Origin: Eledone cirrhosa
Lineage: Eukaryota
DNA length: 64,000 nucleotides
Assembly: GCA_964016885.1 (NCBI GenBank)
Contig: OZ024740.1
Coordinates: 86,614,001-86,678,000 of the forward strand
Direction of reading: 5' to 3'
Both the position numbers and the translations under genes were made by a program. Within the stretch, counting starts at the first letter, position 1, and the number at the start of each line of letters is the position of its first letter. Positions 57,909 through 64,000 of this stretch are shown here, piece by piece. The notes beneath the pieces were generated by a model. The model ran no database searches. It worked only from the letters and a program-made list of their open reading frames with translations, and was not told the DNA's origin.

Positions 57909-58008
57909 CGTCCGTGTGTGTATGTGTATACACACTTATATCCCCAATCACCATGCATATACACACAAACAGTGCCTTATATAGTTATGTATTGTCATTG
58001 AGAAAAAC

Positions 58009-58138
<130 letters not shown>

Positions 58139-58315
58139 ATTTATATATATATATAGATAGATAGATATATAGATATACACATATGTATGCGCATATACAC
58201 ATAATAATAACTCTATCCATTCTCAGATATACATAAATATATCTGTGCGTATCATTCTTAAGCTAATATCGCCAAAACCACGATATAATTATATATGCAT
58301 ATATGAGTGTGTGTG

Positions 58316-58377
<62 letters not shown>

Positions 58378-59026
58378 TGTGTGTGTTTATATGTGTGTAT
58401 GTGTGTGTGTGTTTGTGTTTATGTGTATGTATGTATGTGTGTGTGTGTGTGTGTGTGTGTTTGAATGTATCTTATGTTTGTGCTAGTTTGTGTTTAGAAG
58501 GAGCTTCCATCTATATATGTACATTGTATATAAATATCTGTATATATAAGTTTATGCAAATATATATATCCATGTGTGTATATATGTATTTATGCGTGCG
58601 TGTGTATATGTGTGTTTCTGTGCGTGTGTGTGTATGTGTGTTTGCATGTTCCAGAGACCTATTCAGTAAAATTGTCAACCAATTTAAAGAGGTTTGCAAG
58701 GAAACATTTAACCTCAGCATAGCTACAATTGCCAAAACTCAACCAAAAGCAAAAACAAAACACCAAAACAATATGAAGAAAACTTACAAAAAAATATAAA
58801 TGAAATAACAAATCAGAAAACAAAAACAACATTAACAGCAGAATGTCAGAATAATAGAATGTTAAAAAGAAACAGAAACTTATTCTAGAATGAGTTAAAG
58901 GAGAGAAAGAAAGGAAGGTTAAGGTGGAACTTTATTTGCTATATTCAATTATAAAGATGCACTGAGGTTGCATAATCATACAATTTATTGTCTTTTACAA
59001 CTAATATGGATTTTAAGTCATAGTTG

Positions 59027-59078
<52 letters not shown>

Positions 59079-59300
59079 GGTGGTGGTGGTGGTGGTGGTG
59101 GAGCTGGTAGTGGTGGTGGTGTAGGTTGTTATTGCTGTTGTTGATGGTCATGGTAGTGGTGGTTATTATTGCTGTTGTTGTTGTTGTTGTTGTTCTTGGT
59201 GGTGGTGCTGGTGGTGGTGGTGGAGCTGGTAGTGGTGGTGGTATATTTTGTTATTGCTGTTGTTGATGGTCATGGTAGTGGTGGTTGTTATTGCTGCTGC

Positions 59301-59370
<70 letters not shown>

Positions 59371-59866
59371 GGTGGTGGTGGTGGTGGTGGTGGTGGTGGT
59401 GGTAGAGGTGGAGGTAGTGGTGTAGGTTGTTAGTGTTGCTGATGTTTGTCGTGTTGGTGGTAGATAGGGTGGTTTGGTGGTGGTGGTGGTATTGGTAGTG
59501 GTGTAGGTTGTTATTGTTGTCGTTGGTGGTGGTGTAGGTTGTTATGTTGTTGCTGGTCGTGGTGATGGTACTGGTTGTATTGGTAGTGGTATAGGTTGTT
59601 GTTGTTGTTGTTAGTGGTGGTGGTGGTGGCGGCGGCTGTGGTGTAGGTTGTTATTGCTGTTGTTGTTGGTGGTGGTGGTGGTTTAGGCTGTTATTGCTGT
59701 TGATGATGATGGTGGTGTTGGTTTTGGTATTGATATTTGTGGTGATTCCGTGGTTGTTGTTGATTGTTGTTTTCTTAATAAGAAAATAATATGCAACACT
59801 TGCGGTAGGAACAGAACAGTGTATAAATTAGAGATGTAAGTATTATATATATATATGTGTGTGTGG

Positions 59867-59897
<31 letters not shown>

Positions 59898-60008
59898 TAT
59901 ATACATATATATTTGTATCCATATATATATCCGTATATATATATATACACATATATATATGTACAATGAAAAACGGTATTTACGTATGTATGTATCTATC
60001 TATCTATC

Positions 60009-60797
60009 TAAGGCGGGTAAAATTCCCGAGATCCATGGACGAGTTCTCTCCAGCGGTCTCTGTCCCTCATTATCGCTGCCATATCCTGCATCTCCAACAG
60101 ACCAGTGTCTGTCCTTAGGGCATCAACATATGTTAACCTTGGTCTTCCTCTTCTAGTGTGTCCATGTAGGGGCTCCCAAAGGAGCACTGAGTGCAATGTC
60201 AACTCTGGATGTCGGTGAGCATGTCCAGCCAACCTCAGTCTCCTCTGTGTCACTTTTGAGCTGACTTTTGGGATGCTCCCATACAGCTCTGAGTTTTTCA
60301 TCCGGATGCTGAATTTGCCGACGACATAGTTTTGGTGACAAATACAGTGAAGGAGGCAGAGGATTTGATGCGGGAGGTTGAGACTGTGTCGATAAGTGTG
60401 GGGCTGAGAATGAATGAGACTAAAACAAAATATCTGGTGGAGAATGTTGAGAAGCCAGAGGGGATCACTAATGTAGGCGGGAAGCCGCTGGAATTGGTTG
60501 AGGACTTCCTGTATTTGGGAGCAAAGATTGGGAATACGGAAGATGATGTGGTTGGGAGGAAGAGCAAGGCCTGGGCGGCGTGTCACAGCTTGAGATCGGT
60601 GTGGAAGTCGGACCTTCGTAGAGACCTGAAGATCCGCCTCTTCATTGCTGTAGTGGAGTCTGTGCTGCTGTATGGGTCTGAGACTTGGACACTGACCAAG
60701 AGACTCACTCAGATGGTGGATGGGTGCTACACGAGAATGCTGAGGATGGCTCTGAACAATAATCAGTATACACTGAGGATGAAAAACTCAGAGCTGT
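60009..60797 (-). mobile_element. RTE-clade LINE 3' end with 5' inversion
   Basis: Plus 60311-60797: FADDIVL, FLYLG, LLYGSETW. Minus 60009-60305: [22 protein letters not shown] followed by (TAGA)n. Confidence 0.88.
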
Positions 60798-60825
60798 ATG
60801 TATGTATATATGTGTATATATATAC

Positions 60826-60946
<121 letters not shown>

Positions 60947-60988
60947 TGAAAAAGAACAAAGGAACTATTATGACATTATAACAAGTTT

Positions 60989-61039
60989 ATTGCCGACAGC
61001 CGTTTCGTCCGACCATATGGTGGGACTTTTCAAGGCATA
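60989..61039 (-). ncRNA. Type I HHR, U3-A8 core, in TA-flanked fragment 60943-61290
   Basis: TGCC-TTGAAAA-GTCC(C)ACCATATGGT(C)GGAC-GAAACGGCTGTC^GGCA. Confidence 0.82.
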
Positions 61040-61288
61040 TAACAGGTGATTGTAAGTTCATTATATACATCAACGTTTCACTCAAGATTAGCAGTTTGAA
61101 ATTGTGGTATACATCAGCAGTTCCGCTTGTATATTTGGGGTCTATATTCAAAGGGGGCTCTTTTATATTAGTTGTCGGAGTTGTAAAAGGGATGGGTTAC
61201 GGGGAGCTAAGAGAATTTGAAAAGGGCCTAAGAGTCAGGGATTGAAGGTTAAACATTAGAATTCACTTACGACCTACCATACATCTTG

Positions 61289-61329
<41 letters not shown>

Positions 61330-61352
61330 GTATGTATCTATATATATATATA

Positions 61353-61431
<79 letters not shown>

Positions 61432-61651
61432 ATATATATATTAGAAAGTGAGGTTTTTTTTAACAAAATGAAAAATAACCGAGGTGTCCTACACGAGTGA
61501 AAGTATAAAGAAAAAAAGCTGAAATCGAAAATGCAACTGGAGTCTTATTTTTTAAAATATATATATATTTATTTGGTTCCTTTACCGGTTTCGAAGTTCT
61601 TCTGCTTTTCAAAAGTAGAGTTGAGATGGAGGGTCTGTGGTTTTTCTCACA

Positions 61652-61728
<77 letters not shown>

Positions 61729-61729
61729 A

Positions 61730-61761
<32 letters not shown>

Positions 61762-61790
61762 CACATATATATATGTGTGTGTATATATAC

Positions 61791-61837
<47 letters not shown>

Positions 61838-61845
61838 CGTATATA

Positions 61846-63673
61846 CGGACCCCCCAAAACAATGATCAGGTAAGAAAAATGGTCGCACATGCAATAGGGG
61901 CTAGTATCAAAACTACCCTAAAGGGCCACATATTCAACGAGAAGATCTACACCCAAAATAAGGGAGCAGACATAGGCGTCAGCATAGCTGGTGATGTTGC
62001 CATGGTGGGAAAGGAGACTTAAAGATCTCCTTAATGAGAGCTCCATAGACCTCATCATGTACTCTCGTTATGTAGACGATATCAATATAGTTATAAGAAC
62101 ATCCCCACTATAGAGCACTAACAAGTTTGATTTAGAACGTAGCACGATGGAAAGCATCCAGAAGATAGCTAATTCCATACACCAGAGTATAACTGTAACT
62201 ATCGACTTCCCTTCCAAACACCCTAACAATAGACTACCTGTATTAGACACAGAACTCTGGATTAACACTATAAACGAGAGAGCCCAAATTCTCCACTCAC
62301 ACTATGCTAAATATCTGATACTCAAAAACTCAGCAATGTCCAGTAGTGCTAAGTTTAATATTCTGATCGCAGATTTGGTACGAGTGATGAAGAACGTGTC
62401 CCGCATGTGCGACCCAACAGAAATGGAAAGACCCATCCAACACTTCATCAACCGCATGCAGTTCTCCGGCTACAACCAAAGAGACAGAGTCAGAGTATAC
62501 GAAGGAGCCATGGGGAAGTATAAAACCCTCATAGAACTGGGCATGAAAGGAATTTGCCCATTATACAGGAGAAAATCATGGAATAGCTTAGATAGGGTTA
62601 GACATAAGATAGGGAAAGCCACCTCATGGTACGACAACCAGAGATACCAGAGTGTAATGTTTGTGGACGCTACCCCTGGAGGGAAATTAGTTAACCAGTG
62701 TAGAAAGGCCCTGAGAAAGACCCACTTAAAAATTAAGGTGGGAGAAAAGCCAGGAACCACCATAAAATCCCTGATCAGCAAAACCTACCCTTTTAAGAAA
62801 ACCCACTGTACCAATAGTAAATGTATCATATGTAAGGTAAATCCCCGGATAAACTGTAAAACTAGAAACGTAGTCTATAGCATAAGATGTACAGAGGGTA
62901 CTTGCAGAAACATGACAACAACATACATAGGTGAGACAGCTCGTAGCATAGGTGAAAGGATAGACCAACACTGGGGGGAACTAAAAGGATGAAAAAACGG
63001 GTCAGTACTATACGAACATGCTAGACAACAACATGACGGTAACATAGACAACATAGAAATTAGAATAATATCTAAACATAGAAATGACCCAGCAGATAGG
63101 CAAATCAGAGAGGCCAGTGAATTAGAAATTAGAAGACCAAGACTAAACAGAAAGAATGAATGGAATAACAACAACACCGAAACAAACAACACTGACCTAA
63201 GAGAAGTATAAATAAAATAAAATAAATAAATAAATACATACACAAGCACAATAACAACAAGCACATAAACACACACTAGTCACCCATCACACAGCAAACA
63301 AAACACTATACACACACGCAAACGCATGCGCAAAGTAGACAAAATAAAATAAACAAACAAGCAAATAAATAAATATATAGACAGACTGAATAAAAATGGC
63401 GTAGACATACAATACAACAGTAGGAAACGATAGCACCACTGACGATGTTGCAGATGTGCAACGAAAGATTTATGATAAACTATATATATGTGTTTGTGTC
63501 TATATTGTATCTGTATTATTTTTGACCGTCGGTCAGTCAATGGCAACATTGAGGACCGAATAAATTAGATTACCGATATAAAAGACACAGAAGCGAAAAC
63601 CAACCAAACAGTGACGGTGTTCTGTTATTAATTCTGGCAATATTACACAAATATGACCCTCCCCAAGTATAAC
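61846..63673 (+). mobile_element. Second 5'-truncated copy of PLE family D in (TA)n
   Basis: [30 protein letters not shown]; homologous to 39688-42062. Confidence 0.9.
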
Positions 63674-63692
63674 AATATATATATATATATAT

Positions 63693-63888
63693 ACAATTAA
63701 GTTAAATTTAAAATGTACATCCACATATGTATACTGAAATACTAGTATGCATATGAATACACACACGTGTACATATGTAGATGTACCGAGTTTTTCACTG
63801 GACACTTTACTGTGAGTGTCCAGCTATTCTGTATGTAAACATTTCAGTATACATATGTGGATGTACATTTTTAATTTAACTTAATTGT
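63693..63888. repeat. 48 bp inverted repeat with ~100 bp spacer containing an inner hairpin
   Basis: ACAATTAAGTTAAAT..ACTGAAAT / ATTTCAGT..TTAATTGT; inner CTGGACACT/AGTGTCCAG. Confidence 0.75.
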
Positions 63889-64000
63889 TTAAGCGTCAGT
63901 CATACAAAAGTGAGTTACAAACGAAACGAAATTTAATTTCGTTTCGTTATTTGTTTTTATCGTCTCCGCTGAACCGGTACGTACTCACGCTCTATGCAAA

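Overview
AT-rich, microsatellite-laden eukaryotic DNA with no recognisable host gene. The repeat content suggests a mollusc, probably Octopus (inference, not verified). The window is a nested field of transposons dominated by Penelope-like elements (PLEs; RT + GIY-YIG) from several families, most with ends abutting (TA)n. It also holds a Helitron with both ends intact, R4/Dong, CRE-like and RTE LINE fragments, tRNA-derived SINEs and minisatellites. Most long ORFs in the track are microsatellite artefacts. The most striking signal is a dense set of type I hammerhead ribozymes (HHRs; about 9 distinct sequences, about 18 copies), read by eye. Several use the compensated U3-A8 core (UUGANAA), and several carry long 55-110 nt helix II inserts that standard motif searches could miss. 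They occur in PLE pseudo-LTRs (pLTRs), in a ~420 nt ORF-less partial-tandem retrozyme-like unit, and in small fold-back palindromes made of two opposed element 3' ends. In one PLE the 5' end of the sense body falls 1 nt from the predicted HHR cleavage site. No folding or database search was run and coordinates are hand-counted.
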